From Trichoplax sp. H2 (lineage: Eukaryota): a stretch of 48,020 bases of DNA. How positions within the stretch are numbered: the first letter of the stretch is position 1; each line of letters begins with the position of its first letter. The notes beneath the pieces are model-generated. The model saw only the letters and a list, made by a program, of their open reading frames with translations. It ran no database searches and was not told the origin of the DNA. Location: assembly GCA_003344405.1 (NCBI GenBank), contig NOWV01000325.1, positions 1 to 48,020 on the forward strand, given 5' to 3'. A program made the translations under genes and the position numbers. This document shows, one piece after another, positions 1 through 13,811 of the stretch.

Positions 1-1856
1 ATTAATGCCAGTAGGAATATTTACAAAAGTATATAGAAATCTAAACTTGCCAATCCACAGGATTGCTGAATTTCATGTCTTATGCTGATGTCGTAACGTG
101 GCTCGAATTTAGCCAATTGCATTGCATTTTAGATAGCAATTGCAATAGGAAGCGATACTAATGTGCCGGTTTAGATTGTATGCCAACTCGTATGAAGTAA
201 ATTTAATCCAATTGAAATCAAGTGAAATTACGTATCTGCCGTTGAAAGTCTGTAACTGAATTCATTTATAATTTACAGTAGCAGTATTCTGCAATTTGAT
301 AGCTACAGGAACTTTATGGAAAGTTAAGTGGACGCCCATAAATATACTTATATTATTAGTCGGCGTTGAATGATAAAAGTTCACAATGATTTAAAAGGAA
401 ATGCTGATTTTAATGCGTGGAGAGATTCCATTTTTCATTTCTAATATTAATTCTGAATACTAATTGTAAACACTATCCTGCTTTAAGCCAATTACCAGTT
501 TATACTTGGGAACGCGACCTACAGTAGTAATGGCGACTTCCCTATTACATATCCTTAAAATTACAGTAAGCAATTGTATTTCATTGCTGAGATGAGTATT
601 GGCATCGTCATACGGTCTTCACAAATTTTAACCGGCTTCATTAAATCGTTAGTATCGTCAAGGTTGTATAATTTGATAAAATAGATGACTTGTAGACATT
701 TATAGTAGAATAGTAGAGCAGAGCGTTTACTTTGTCCACTGTTAGGAAAGACTGTTGTCTTTTTAAGTACTTTAATGGAGCAGATTTGCATTTGGCTACA
801 AATAAAGGCATGATCAATTCCGCCTATTTAAGCTAATACTGCAAGCAATAAAAGTGGACTCTGGGAAGATTTATGCGTGGCTTCGGCTTAATTGAACAAA
901 CTTTTTTCCATTCTTCTATCTTAATCACTATCGCACAATAAATTTTCGAATAAAGCTTTTTATCATTAAAATTGATCTTTGTTGTTGACCTCGATATTTC
1001 CCATGCAGTCCTCTACTGTATGGCTAAAGGAGATTTTTTTTCTCCGTTGAAAAAGTTTCATTATACAACTAGTGGGCAATTATGGGGCATGAATTTACTA
1101 TCCATGTTGCTAACACAGCAAGTGAATTGTTACCGACGCTTTCAAATACTTGATAGCACCCTGCCAGCTACCAGCTGTAGTCGAAATGATGAAAGCCATG
1201 ACCGACTGCCGCCATATAGGTAATATCACACGTCCAGTGGAACGCGTAAACTGTATTATATCAACATCTATTTCTTCCTATCTGGAAGGAAAAATTGATC
1301 CTTTATTGGAAAATAGATAGAATACTTGTAGATGTCTGAAATAGTATAACAATACACTACTTTAATGATACCAAACTATCAGCTGAAGTATCTAGAAAGA
1401 GACATAGATCACCGACTCAGTTTAGTGCTACACTAGCGATGCCATTAGTTGCATTACTGTTTCTTTGTCCTTTAACGCCGTCGGTAGTCGAATGCACATA
1501 ATGTACAGTGCAGAAAGGGCCCTTGGTTAGTGATTTACGATCGATTTTTAAAATAGCTATCGCATCGAAATCCAATTTGGAAAAAGCTTTGATATACAGT
1601 GATGCTTATTGTAAAGCTTGTTTAATTAAGCTCTTACTGTGTAACCCGCTATTCCAACGGCACTGGTATGTCTATAAGCACTGTTCATAGTTGGTAACTT
1701 TTATTTCAGATCAAATAAACACCATCAAAATGGCCAAGCAATGGACAATATGTTCAATTGTTCCATTTCAGCAATGGTGTAAATGATGTTTGATAAGGAT
1801 ATGGCCACAGCCTTGAGTGTGGCGGCGCACAATAGAACGACGAATTAATCCTTGAC

Positions 1857-2424
1857 CCTAGTTTATTTTGGAAACAATTTATTTCATTGACCGCGTTTCC
1901 TTAACTATCTATCTCGCGCAGGATAGAGGCCCTGTATCTAAAGTAATTATGCACAAGTGTAATTTTATGATGACAAGAATTGCTTGCCAATTTTTGCAAC
2001 CTAGTTTATTTTGGAAAGAATTTATTTTATTGACGGTTTGCTGAACTATCTATCTCGCGCAGGATAGAGACCCTGTATCTAAAGTGATTAAGCACAAGTG
2101 TAATTTTATGATGACAAGAATTGCTTGCCAATTTTTGCAACCTAGTTTATTTTGGAAAGAATTTATTTTATTGACGGTTTGCTGAACTATCTATCTCGCG
2201 CAGGATAGAGACCCTGTATCTAAAGTGATTAAGCACAAGTGTAATTTTGTGATGACAAGAACTGCTTGCCAATTTTTGCAACCTACAGTAGTTTATTTTG
2301 GAAAGAATTTATTTCATTGACGGTTTGCTGAACTATCTATCTCGCGCAGGATAGAGGCCCTGTATCTAAAGTGATTATGCACAAATGCAATTTTGTGATG
2401 ACAACCATTGCTTGCCAATTTTTG
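1857..2424. repeat. Tandem repeat, 4 units of about 141-146 bp
   Basis: Units start at about 1857, 2000, 2141 and 2282 (CCTAGTTTATTTTGGAAA...CTATCTATCTCGCGCAGGATAGAG...TGCTTGCCAATTTTTG). Unit 4 has TACAGTA where the other three have TA. Confidence 0.95.
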
Positions 2425-4323
2425 TAATCATTTGCATTTGCATGCATGCAATGCCAATTTCTCCATTCTTTGTAAGAGCAGTCTGCAATTTGCTTAAGAT
2501 GAAAAGTCTTGTAAGACTGTACAAAAGCAAATGAATTGAACATTTGCTAGTTACTATTATTAGAATGGTCTTTACTCCTCTTTTTTTTTTTCATCCCCTA
2601 ACTCAACCTTACCATTGGCCATTAGCCCCGGCGAGAGCCGCATCCATCGTTTTTCAACTTTACAAGTCAGCCTGTCAATTTTGAACCATTCTCGGATTGT
2701 CCGGCCTTGGAAATTAGCCATACATATCATGTATATGTATGACATTATAATATACTGTACATGTAGTGAAGTGAAGTCTGTTGGGAGACTTAAGCTGCAA
2801 TACCTTCTTGAGTAGACTACAACGAATTTTCAATTTCATTGTTTAAGAAAACATTATTTTAGGCAATAAAAGATGATTTTATGTTTTTGGGTAACTCTAT
2901 CCGTAGACTAGTCCCTGTCTTGATGAAAAGGTACAAAAGAAATTTCTTGATATTGTTGCAAGAGCAATGGCACAGAGCGCAAGTTGAACAAGAAAGACTG
3001 TACTTGTAGTTTCCACATGTTCAAGAAACTTGATGCTCTTCTGGCAATGATGCTAACTTACACGGCTTGCAAATGGACTAAACTGAATTGGTTTGAGTGA
3101 GATTGTCAAGCCCAAGTGGAGCCATGTTTGAAAAGTCGTCCATGGCCGTGTGCTCTATCGGTGTTGTTTTGGGCCGACTACCGCCAATCTGAAGGTGTAT
3201 TGCCACCCCATGTCTGGGACTCCGTCTGGACACTGTCCAGGTTATTGTCAGTGTCAAACAGGTGCAGAGTTTTTCTCTCACAGGTACTCCGTCGTCAGCA
3301 CTCACTGCCTACTGGATACTGTCCATTGTACTGTAGAGTACAGTACTATGGATGGTGTCCATAGGTACTGTATCCGAATTGACGCCCACATCCCTGAATG
3401 GTCAGTAGGTGACACTCGACCACTGGCGTAACCTGTCCCCACTCTCTTCCATGGCTGTCTGTCCGAAGACCAAGCTTTGGATGCCCCCCCTCCGTCCACG
3501 ACTTGAATGCTTGCCAACGTCCAAGACAATAAATTGTGGGTAGAGTACGCATACTAGTGTTGATTTTCCATACGAAAGGCGTCGTGAGTGGGGGCACGGA
3601 TAGCCATCGACTCGGGGTAGACATCTGTAGTTTGGACAACTTGGGTCGATTGCAAAAGCTGAAGGAGAGAGAGAATGCGAGTTTAGCCAGGTATCAAAAG
3701 GCATCAAAATAGCGTCGACAAAAGGCGAAGAAAGATTTGAAAGATGACGTCAGATTTTCAATCTTGCACAAGAATTGGTAGACAAGAGATTGATGAGCAG
3801 AGAGTAAAACCATTTTAAGCTTGATTTTCAACCGTTTTGCTTGTTGACAAAGCGTGGATAAAAAAATCTTTTCCATCATTTCAATTGTCAAGATAAACAA
3901 CAAGAGCAAATTGTTGTTGGGCATTGATTCAATTGGATATCCATTGGGAGACGTATCTTGTGTCGTGGCAGTCTTGGTGGGGCTGATAGTGGTACACGAT
4001 AGCCCACACCATCATTCTATTTCAATTTATTACATCAGATTGACCAATCCATGTATCGATCATCCTTTCCAACATACATGATTCTCTTGTAAATTATTCT
4101 TCCTCCTTTCAACCTGCTAAATCCCACCACAAGAACATTGATTACCATCAAGTCCAAGCGCAATCATTCTCCGATCACTACTGGATCGCCATTGACACAA
4201 GTTGTCTTGTCATCTTGAATGCAGTAACGTATTGCAAGTGGACTAGCGACGCATCATTGATATTCTTATCCTACACCATTGCTCAATCATTGCCATACCA
4301 AAACAACACGACTTCATATTGGT

Positions 4324-7300
4324 ATGGATTTAACATCATCGTCTCAATCTTCCACGGAGGCCATCACCATGGTTCCTATCGGTTGGAAGCGTATTCGAGA
4401 TAATAATACAATCTACTATGTCAGGTAAAATGATGCAACTATTGGCTCAACTCGATCGGTCAATTATCTTTCTCCATAGTCATCATGCTAGAAAATACAT
4501 CAGTGGAACAAGCATGTTGTTAGGCATCATTCTAATTCGACACTACTTGAAAACTGCTGCACTTTCTACCTATCAGTCTAGAACTTTCAATACAATACAA
4601 TCAATATACACGTCCTTCTCATGTTAAGTTCATGCTGAAAGTGGGACGTTTTCAAAGTACATTTAGTATTGATATTGGCGATCTGTATTGATCGTTGTCC
4701 TTTCATCTTTTTCCACATGGTACAGTAAGTAGTAATGGAGTAATTTATCTCCTTGAACAGTAGCATGAAGACACTATCTCTCGTACAACTTGACTAGCCT
4801 TTATTGGCTAGCCAAATTGAAGTTGTAATCCAACGATCATTTGATATTTTTCTTTTTTGTTCATAGTGTGTGCTAGTCTTTGTTTCATGTTCTTTCAAAA
4901 GAATGATTCACATTTGAAAGCTATATTGAATCAACGTTTTCATATTATTTCATCGTATTATAGCCCAACTAAGGATAAACTTTGGAACATGTCCGATGTT
5001 ATCAAATATGTCACTTCAGACGGGACTTGTAAATGTAACTTACAATGCCCACTATTCCTAGATCGAGTATTCACATTTAGCCTTGATGTTAAGCAAATGG
5101 AACCACCATTTGAAAAAAGCAAAAGCAAACTATGTACTTGTCCTATTATTCGGCGTGGTAGACCAAGAAAATATGAATTAAAAGAAGGTATGAATGTCTA
5201 ATGACGCTTACTGAATAGCAGCATTACAGTGATACGATCGATCAATCTACCAGCCAGTAATCAACATCACCTTTCTACTGTATTTGAAGCAGCTTGATGC
5301 GGCTGCTTTAGCAACATATTGAATAATCATCCATTCTAATCATGTTAATATTTATCCTGTATACAGTAGCTGAATTGCAGCTTTCAAATATCAACTACTC
5401 TTGAGTTCAAGAGTAAATTTTAAATTTTGATCGAGTATATACTGTATTGTAGAGTCAAGGAGTTCTAGGATAATCCAGTACTGTCTACAGTATAAGATTA
5501 AATCGAAACTTTCTGCCATAACATCATATCGACTTAACACTACTATATTTGGATAATAACTATATGTAGAGTTCATTGAAATTGAATTGGATTTCATCAA
5601 GTTATTACTTGTTTTGTCATATTAGGAATGAAAGTCAACTACAAAAAGAAAAAGTCTTACATAAGTCAGACTGATATAAAGCCAGTGGCTGACGGCGATT
5701 GCAACACCAATAGCAGTAATTCGAATTTAAAAAGTATTCTGGAAGACAAGACACAAGATAATAAAAGAGTCAAGAAGAAAGGAACCCTCAATGTTGAGCC
5801 TTTGATCAAAAGTGAACCCAATTTTCATGATAAAACTAGTACTGAAGGAGATAAAATAACCAGGGACAAGGGTAATAATAACAAGCGGGGCAAAAATAAC
5901 ACCAATAAAAATCTACCGAAACAGGACGATACAATCAATCAAATAGACAACTATCAATCCTTTGGAAAGACTTCTTTGATCGAAAGTAACGTTTCTTCAG
6001 GCAATAAAGGAAAAAGGAAACTCAAAGTGGTAAACACTTCAAATACATCCGCTGACAACACTCGTACTCCACAGAAACGGAAAGAGAAAAGATCTGCCAA
6101 TAAAGCTGGAAATGGCGATACGATGGCTCTGTCTGTGGAAGATATCAATGACGACAGTCTATTCGATTTAGGCAAAAAATCAAAGGCGAAAAAATCAAGG
6201 AAAAGACTTTCTTCTATGGATATTGAAGATGTTTCATTAAGCGATGTCATGAATATACCCTTAAAACAGATTCCTACAACGCCTATTAGTACCGATAATC
6301 GACCACCTAGCCCATCTTTTGATTACAATACGCATTTAATCATGCCTACTCCGGCTGCTAAAGTCGCTGTAGCATCAAATCAAGTTACCCCAAGAACTCC
6401 CACTATGATCAACTATACTAATAATTACTTTGCAGCCAACTCATCTACTGGATACGATGTTGGTACTCATCAGCCTGTTCAACTTGGAGGTATTCAACGA
6501 TCACCATCATCAAACTTATTACCTACACAATTAAATAATCATTCTTATTCTTCACCGTCAAGTAATAACTGCCAAATTGGAGAATGTATCGAAGCTTACC
6601 GAAATACTACTGCGCCAACTACGCCAATCGAATCTCATAATTCGTATGAGGTGATGCAACCAACAACTTTAACAAAGCAACAGTTAAATGTACCCCATGG
6701 TACAGCAAATATACCTGCAAATAGAGCTATACAGGGTACTATGGGAAATATGAATAACATGGATCAACAACAGCAACAAAATTATATGATGCTTGATCAA
6801 TCAAATCATCCAAATAGAATATTGACACCTCCAGATCTTAATTATGTTGGTATAGAAAACGAAGCTGAAAATAATCCGGCTGATATGTTCATGAGTGGTG
6901 TGAATACGATGGATAGCTCGACGGTAAATTCTATAAACTTAACTCCTCAGCCGCAATCTCCTACAGGCAATATGTATTCTTCAGGTAATAATACATGCCA
7001 AAATTATTACATTAACTCCGCACAACCTCAACACAGCCAAAATCCTGCTGCAGATGGTTTATTAAGTAGTGATGTGGCGAATATGCAAAAGCAATTATCT
7101 TCTGATGATTGCCATTACTATAGTATGTCACCCTCTGGTTCATCTTATAATTATTCATCGCCAACAACTCCACGAATGATACCCGTAACAAGTGTCATGG
7201 CAGGCAATCCGATGAATTCCAACACCGTTACTATGTCAAACAATTTGGATAATCAACTTGAATCAACTTGCCCACAAAATCAACAAATTCCACAAGTAAT

Positions 7301-7904
7301 GCATTCTTATGGAAATAACCTCTCAAGAAGCAATTCAGCAGTAATGATCCAAGGCCATTCGCAGCTTGTTCGTCAACACAGTACTGGACAGACTGCACAG
7401 GCTGGAATGTCAGATTATTGCCTTAACAATAACAACAATAATAATCGCTACAATATGCAAGTCAATTCTACTGCGTACATGAATAATTCGGGACCAATCT
7501 GTACGTCTGGCAGTAATCAATCTCCGGTAACTGGTTATAATCAATCCAATCTTCAAATGAATTCACAATCTCAACATTTAATTTACAATGACATGTCTTC
7601 TAATCCTCAAATCATGCAACAGCATGATGGGTCATTAAATTATCCTACATCCAATATGCAATTATCGACAAATATGAACATTGATAATCAAAATGATAGT
7701 ATAAATATGATGTCCAACATGCCGATTTTAGAACCTCATTCCGTTGGTATGCGTACTGATATTCCATCTCAATCAGTAAAGCAATCGAATGTAGTTATGG
7801 AACAGCAGCAACAAAACACTCAAAATAATCGCCAATATGTCGGCGTACCTTCAACATTACTGGATGGGCAACCAGGCCAGATTAGCCAATTTGATATGTG
7901 CTAA
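4324..7904 (+). CDS. MBD5: MBD5/MBD6-like protein (about 867 aa): MBD domain, AT-hook, Lys-rich region and long N/Q/S-rich low-complexity tail; join(4324..4424,4964..5187,5626..7904)
   Basis: Spliced translation VPIGWKRIRDNNTIYYVS|PTKDKLWNMSDVIKYVTSDGTCKCNLQCPLFLDRVFTF matches the MBD5/6-type MBD signature (VPxGW...YVSP...DGTCKCxLxCPL). RRGRPRK follows it. Both introns are GT-AG and phase-compatible, and an in-frame TGA at 4258 precedes ATG 4324. Confidence 0.88.
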
Positions 7905-9167
7905 TCAAGAATATCCCTGTATAATTGATATTGTATATCCGATATCTAATTTTCGTCAATTGTGTAAATTTGACTCCTTAATAATAGCATCGATGATGAT
8001 TTTGTGATAGAAATAGATAAAATAGGATGCTTCCTGAATTCTATCTTATAAATATTGTTTCAGCCTAACATTAATATTCAGTCTATTAATTCATTAAACC
8101 CGATATTTACTATTTCAAGGTGTTCTTTGAACTATAATTGTATTTATAACACCGAAAATTACGTCAAAATTGGCATATAATATTATTAATCCTTCGTATT
8201 TTAATCATCAACAATGTCGAATATTATTAAGTCATACCATGATTGTTGTATGCATTACACTTCGGCTGTGCTACACGTTATATAAAGTTATGTACTGTCA
8301 TAACATACAGACCGTAGAAGATTGTCTCTCAAGGTAATCATAAGTCCGCTAATAAGTCATGATGGATTCTACAAGGTAGATTTAATGCCTCTCTTACGGA
8401 TTTATCTTGCGAATTGTTTATATTCGTAGAATCATGAATAGAAATACAGTTTTGCATCGGATACATATAATAGTTAGTATTTCACCAAATTGATAAGTTA
8501 TTCAATCGTTAAGGTATAGCATAACCTTATACGCTCGTATATAACTATATAATACTGATTATAAAATTAATTATTATGAAATATTATTGTTATGTTATTA
8601 ATATATTACAGATACTGTTAAGGCCGTGATAAAAAAAATATTACCGTGTAAATTATCTTGGTTAATTGGCAATAAGTGATCCAAAATTTAAATGGAAGTA
8701 CAATACTTATGGAATAATGCCCTGTTGCACCCATGAACTGTAGTGAATTATATGCATTATCTTGTATAATATGGATTATAATTGCAATGATTTAATCTAA
8801 CCGAAATTTCAATCTGCAACATATGTATGATACTCTGTTGATTCCGTACTTTGTAGCAATGCTCTACGCTTATGTATTGCTGTAATCTTAATTTATTGAT
8901 ATTGCCAACCTACAGTATCTATTGTAGGAGCATACCATCAACACTTTTCTATTTAAAAAGGTAAAAGTATTTACTTTTTGCTTGCTAGCTTGTTCTAAGA
9001 CCATTATATATTATCTTGTGAATTACATTATTTACAGTAATTTTAAGTAATGAATTGCTGTTATAAGTAGCATTTTGGATTGTTGCATAGCGTGTTAATG
9101 CGCAATAAAAGCCATGTAATAGTACACCGATAAATAGTTAAGTATCCATAGATATCAGATTCCTTAC

Positions 9168-10929
9168 TTGCTAGCTTGTAAAAAATTGATAATAAATATG
9201 TATAACCTCGTATGCTTCACAAAGTTACCTAAAATAGCATATTCTAATGTTATCAGGCTTTTCATAACATACGCTAGTCTGATAATTATAATTATTCGAT
9301 TATAATAAATACACTTACAATGCCATTCAATCAACGTACATATTGGTATCTGCTTAATTTATCACAAGTATATCAATTTTAATCTATTATAAATTTTTAA
9401 TTGCATTCGATGACATTACACAGTAATTACTGGATTAACTTTTCGAAGAGTTTTAGGGATTAGGCACGCATGCATCATTATGCATAAGTAGCAGATTACT
9501 GAAAATAAAGCAATTAACATTAAGTATTGGGTAAGCAACAAACTGAATCTAATTCTCAACAAATCGAGACTTTCTATTTTAACATTAAAGAGTAATGCAC
9601 GTTAGTTTACCAGGTTTTAAGTAGATGGGCCAAATATCAGTTAGCAAACAGAATATCAGCGGTGCAAATATTGCCATCGCTGCAACATTTTCATCAACCA
9701 ATTTCCAGTCTGTTTGAATCATTTTTGCAAAACAGATGTCAACAAGGAAAAGAAATTTCTAAAGCATGCAACTTACTAGTTGTCTAAGATACTTCAAGCC
9801 TAATCATCTACAGGAGTCATGCATGACTTGGTAGTGCTTAATCAAGACACCAGCGCATTATTTCAATGTATAAATAGTAAAATTATAAATATGTACGCGT
9901 ATCTGTGGCAATGCAATTAAGGAGGTCTAGAATTGAAATCTAAACTTACGTACTAGCAGTAAGTAATCATAGCATGACTTTATTGCGTTTGCTACGCTAC
10001 AAAGTGTAACCTATAGTATAGTCTTCGGGATTTTACTATACGACCTGCTTACAATTCATACGAAGTAAAAAGTGTGACCAATTCTGTTCACTGGATCGAA
10101 AGCTTACAATTGGTAAGTGATAAACTTACTGCCAGATTTAAATTAGATATCGTATACTTTGTGACTAGCTAAGATCCGATGAGGCTGTTAATACTTTACA
10201 GTAATATATCATTCAAAGATGAGAACAGATTAGTATTGTAATTTCTCTAAAGCAAGCTATCTCTGGCATTGGCTATCTAACATTACAATTACTCAATCGT
10301 CCTCGTCAAGAAAGTGCAAACGGGCACCTACCTGGTGATACTGAGACGAATTGGAATAAGCACAGCAAGATCATTAAGCATCCGATAATCGTAGCCACTG
10401 CAATACTTGAAAATGGGATTACTAGTAGCTTTCTCTCCAACAGCCTATATGAGACAAAGGTTTAAATCATTCATCTCAGCATCTCATAGCATACGTCAAC
10501 AATTTGGCTAGCCTGACTCTCGTAATCTTAACCCTAGCCAATTAGCCTTCATTGTTACTCCACTACACTATACAAGCCATATTTGAAGTAATGATACGTA
10601 ACCATGCAGGAAATTGCATTGCATGGACGACATATCGATCAAAACTGTTAACATCAATACAGCGTACTAGAGTACTACAATTCAATCAACAGCAGTAACC
10701 TGGGAAACATTTCCATCATTCCACCAGCCATTGCTAAACTGAGCATAATATAAATATAACGGTAGCGGGTAATATTGGCTATCACACGATATTTGTAGAT
10801 TCTATCCATGAAATGGTTTCTTTCTTTCTTGTAATGCTGCTCATGTAGTGTTTCTGAATAGGAAATTTTCTCTTGTAGCAATCTTTGGTACGTAATGTTG
10901 TTCATCGTGGGCAATTTGGTAGCCTCCAT
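9168..10929 (-). CDS. Putative multi-exon, multi-pass membrane protein of unknown identity, 3' end uncertain; exons 10929-10700, 10444-10332, 10164-10130, 10010-9950, 9709-9611, 9498-9431, 9349-9319, 9228-9168
   Basis: Eight consecutive phase-compatible exons bounded by AG/GT, several with GTAAGT, GTAGGT or GTAAGG donors, and introns of 81-255 nt. The translation has hydrophobic stretches (YIYIMLSLAMAGGMM; IPFSSIAVATIIGCLMILLCLFQFV; VAAMAIFAPLIFCLL; VICYLCIMMHACLI). No family motif confidently recognised. Confidence 0.5.
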
Positions 10930-13811
10930 CCTATTTCCATTTGGAAAGTAAATCCTTCGACAGTGATGCTATATATGAATTCAATAATCCTTCCACAATG
11001 TTTACGTCGGTATTGACAATGCAGGAGAATGAAATACTGTATGGTAAATAAGTCATAGCAGCGCAATAAATTGGACTACTCGGATCAGAGCCAAGCGCCA
11101 TACTGAAACAAGACGCGTTAGGCTGTAGGCAACATCAGTATAGAAGAGTCGCATAATAATGGCTACTTGGTCTTCCTGATCTATTTTCTATTGACGGTAA
11201 CTTCCATAGTCAATGCCGGCGATTGTGGTCATTGCTGCTCAATTCAAAGCTTTTAGAGTGGAACGCAGTTAAAACTGGGAGATAAGATGTTATAACTACT
11301 GCTAAATTAAAACAGTTCATTTCCGATCGACGAGATTTTGCAGAACAGGCAATGAAAGTGATCACTATTGAGCTCCATAGTAACTGTACTATGCTGTAGA
11401 CAAGAAAGGGTCCAGCGCAGCAGAGTTGACTTTAACACGTATGACAGTACATATTAGCTCTGTTACTGTATGACCAACTTGCGCTACTGCACTGTAACTG
11501 CCAAGGAATAGTGTAGAACTAATTTCCAAAATGTCCAACACTCACTCCAAATTGGCATTGGAAAGAATCGCAGTATTTTTTCCATCGGCCTAATCCATTT
11601 ATGGCAACATTCCATGTTCATTTCTTTCCTTGTATCTTCTTGTATAATGGACTGAGCTTGAGTATAGCGGTAAAGTAAGATCTCCGCTGCGCTAATGCGT
11701 CCACCAAGATACTCGTATACTGTGCTAATAAAACGAATCTTGCTCGATTGATCTTACAGTTCCGGTTCTGAAATGCGATGGTGCGGTGATGCCTAATTTA
11801 GTTTTTAGACCAAAATTTTGGATAAGTCATGTTGATGAGGGTCTATGGATGACTACATATTAACTCAAAGCTTTAGAAAACTGTAGAACTACTACTTGTT
11901 TATGGGTCCTGTGGCTGTTCTGTATAGTTGGCGTAGTAATACAAAGGTAGAGACCGCTAATAGTTAACATTGAAGTTATGAAATTACCCACACACAATGC
12001 TCCATGCTCAACTTACGGATTAAGCCGTAAATTTCTAGGGACTACGGGTATTCATAAGCGATTCAGGAATCATAGATAATTATTAAAAAGAAAAAATTAC
12101 CTATTTTAATTACAATTCTCAGAGACTCCTCCAAAAATAATAGTAGTTTCGATTCATCGTTAGGCATACAATATAAGCGTACTGTAGGCGCAATTTAGAA
12201 GGCTGTTTAGCTCAAGATTGGCTTACGTCGATCCTTTCCTATCAAATCTTTTATGCACCAAGAAAATACTGTAAGTGTTATATGATCAGTTTACCTCATC
12301 TTTTTCACTGAAAACATGTTGGCCATTAATATTTCCTACATTATGGCAGTAACTGCACTGTATAAATGTTATGTTACCAGCCCTTGTTGAAATCTGAGCC
12401 ACTCATTAATTAAATGCTCATTTTTCAATTACAATGGTTGATATTGGTATGGTAATCATATAACATTAAATGTGTAGCAGATGTACTTAGGGCAACATAC
12501 TTGCACTGATATAGTCCTACTCCTACCTGCACTGTTATAGTATGTGTGCTACAGACCACGTATACAATCGAAAAGTCCCGGATCATATATACGAGTACAT
12601 AATCTTCACCCCAAAGTTTTAACATCAGAATCGAGATTATTATCACATCGATTGACTAGCAAATAATTGCTCTTGATATTTCACCTAAATGCACTGCATT
12701 ACCGAAATGGAAGATTATCTGCAAGTTTCGAAAGTATTCATACTGCAGGTGCATTTACAGTTTGAATCATCTCAATGAGGTGGTTTTATGTTCTACGGTA
12801 TCCAGATCGGTACAACAAACTACTAACGTAATGATGTAACTAATCGTAAATAATAACCGTAACACTCTATACAGTACCGACATACGAATTATACGCAACT
12901 ACCAATTGAGCAAGCATTAGTTACTTACTGTTGGCAAAGCTACGGATGGTCTATGAGGATTACCCTAGAAGTGGAACACATAACGACTACATGCTAAACT
13001 GCTGACAGCATACTGATTTATTGATACAAATAAAAGTGTACAATACCAAAAAATATTATACAAACTTTAGCAATGCTATTTATATGGTCATATATTAGTC
13101 GTTAACATTCCGACAGTCTTTACTGATACGAAATAATCATCATTAAAACTTTTAGCAGTAGTACGAACACAGCCATTAAATCAATTTGAATGTAGATAAA
13201 ATCAAGAACCATGCTATAACTTAAAAGATTTACAATAATAAGCTTTATAAAAAAATGTATGGAAGACATTTATACCAATTTTTTGCAACAAAATATACAG
13301 TAAAGAATAAAATATTATATAGCATGATATTATACAAAGATACCATTTATGTTATTGATATGGTACAAAACCAATTTTATACAATTGTCAAAAATTTAGC
13401 AAAAGTACGCGAATCCTAACTATAGTAACATCGAAGCTAATAATTATAATTTGTGACTGTACATTAACTTATCCTAGTTTCAATGCCTACTGAGTAGATC
13501 CACGACGATACTCGACAATAACATTACCAACCATTAATTATTAATACAGAAAAATTGCAAAATTTCAATATATAGTATATTATATTAGCTCAATGAACTA
13601 AATGTCAAAATTGTACAGAATGCACCAATGCGGTTTATGTATAAGAAATGTCTATAAAAAGTTGTGGATGTCTATCGTCACACGATAGCCACTAAAATGA
13701 AGATCTCAGAGGAAGCTTCATAATATGGAAGTAATCAATCACTTATTAACTCTTAACAACGACATGATAGCCTTATATTATAATTAATTGTTGAAATTAT
13801 AAACCAAGTAT

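Noticed and set aside
1..1850. Short ORFs and exon-like blocks at the window start
   Set aside because: No consistent spliced frame or recognisable motif could be built.
2900..4320. GC-richer region with several overlapping 75-100 aa ORFs, considered as a transposase remnant
   Set aside because: No recognisable domain or catalytic motif in any frame examined; more likely promoter or 5' UTR sequence of the MBD5/6 gene.
12425..12646. Minus-strand ORF containing ILMLKLWGED, faintly reminiscent of MFSD4-type transporters
   Set aside because: The similarity is a few residues only, and I could not splice it in frame to the downstream membrane-protein exons.
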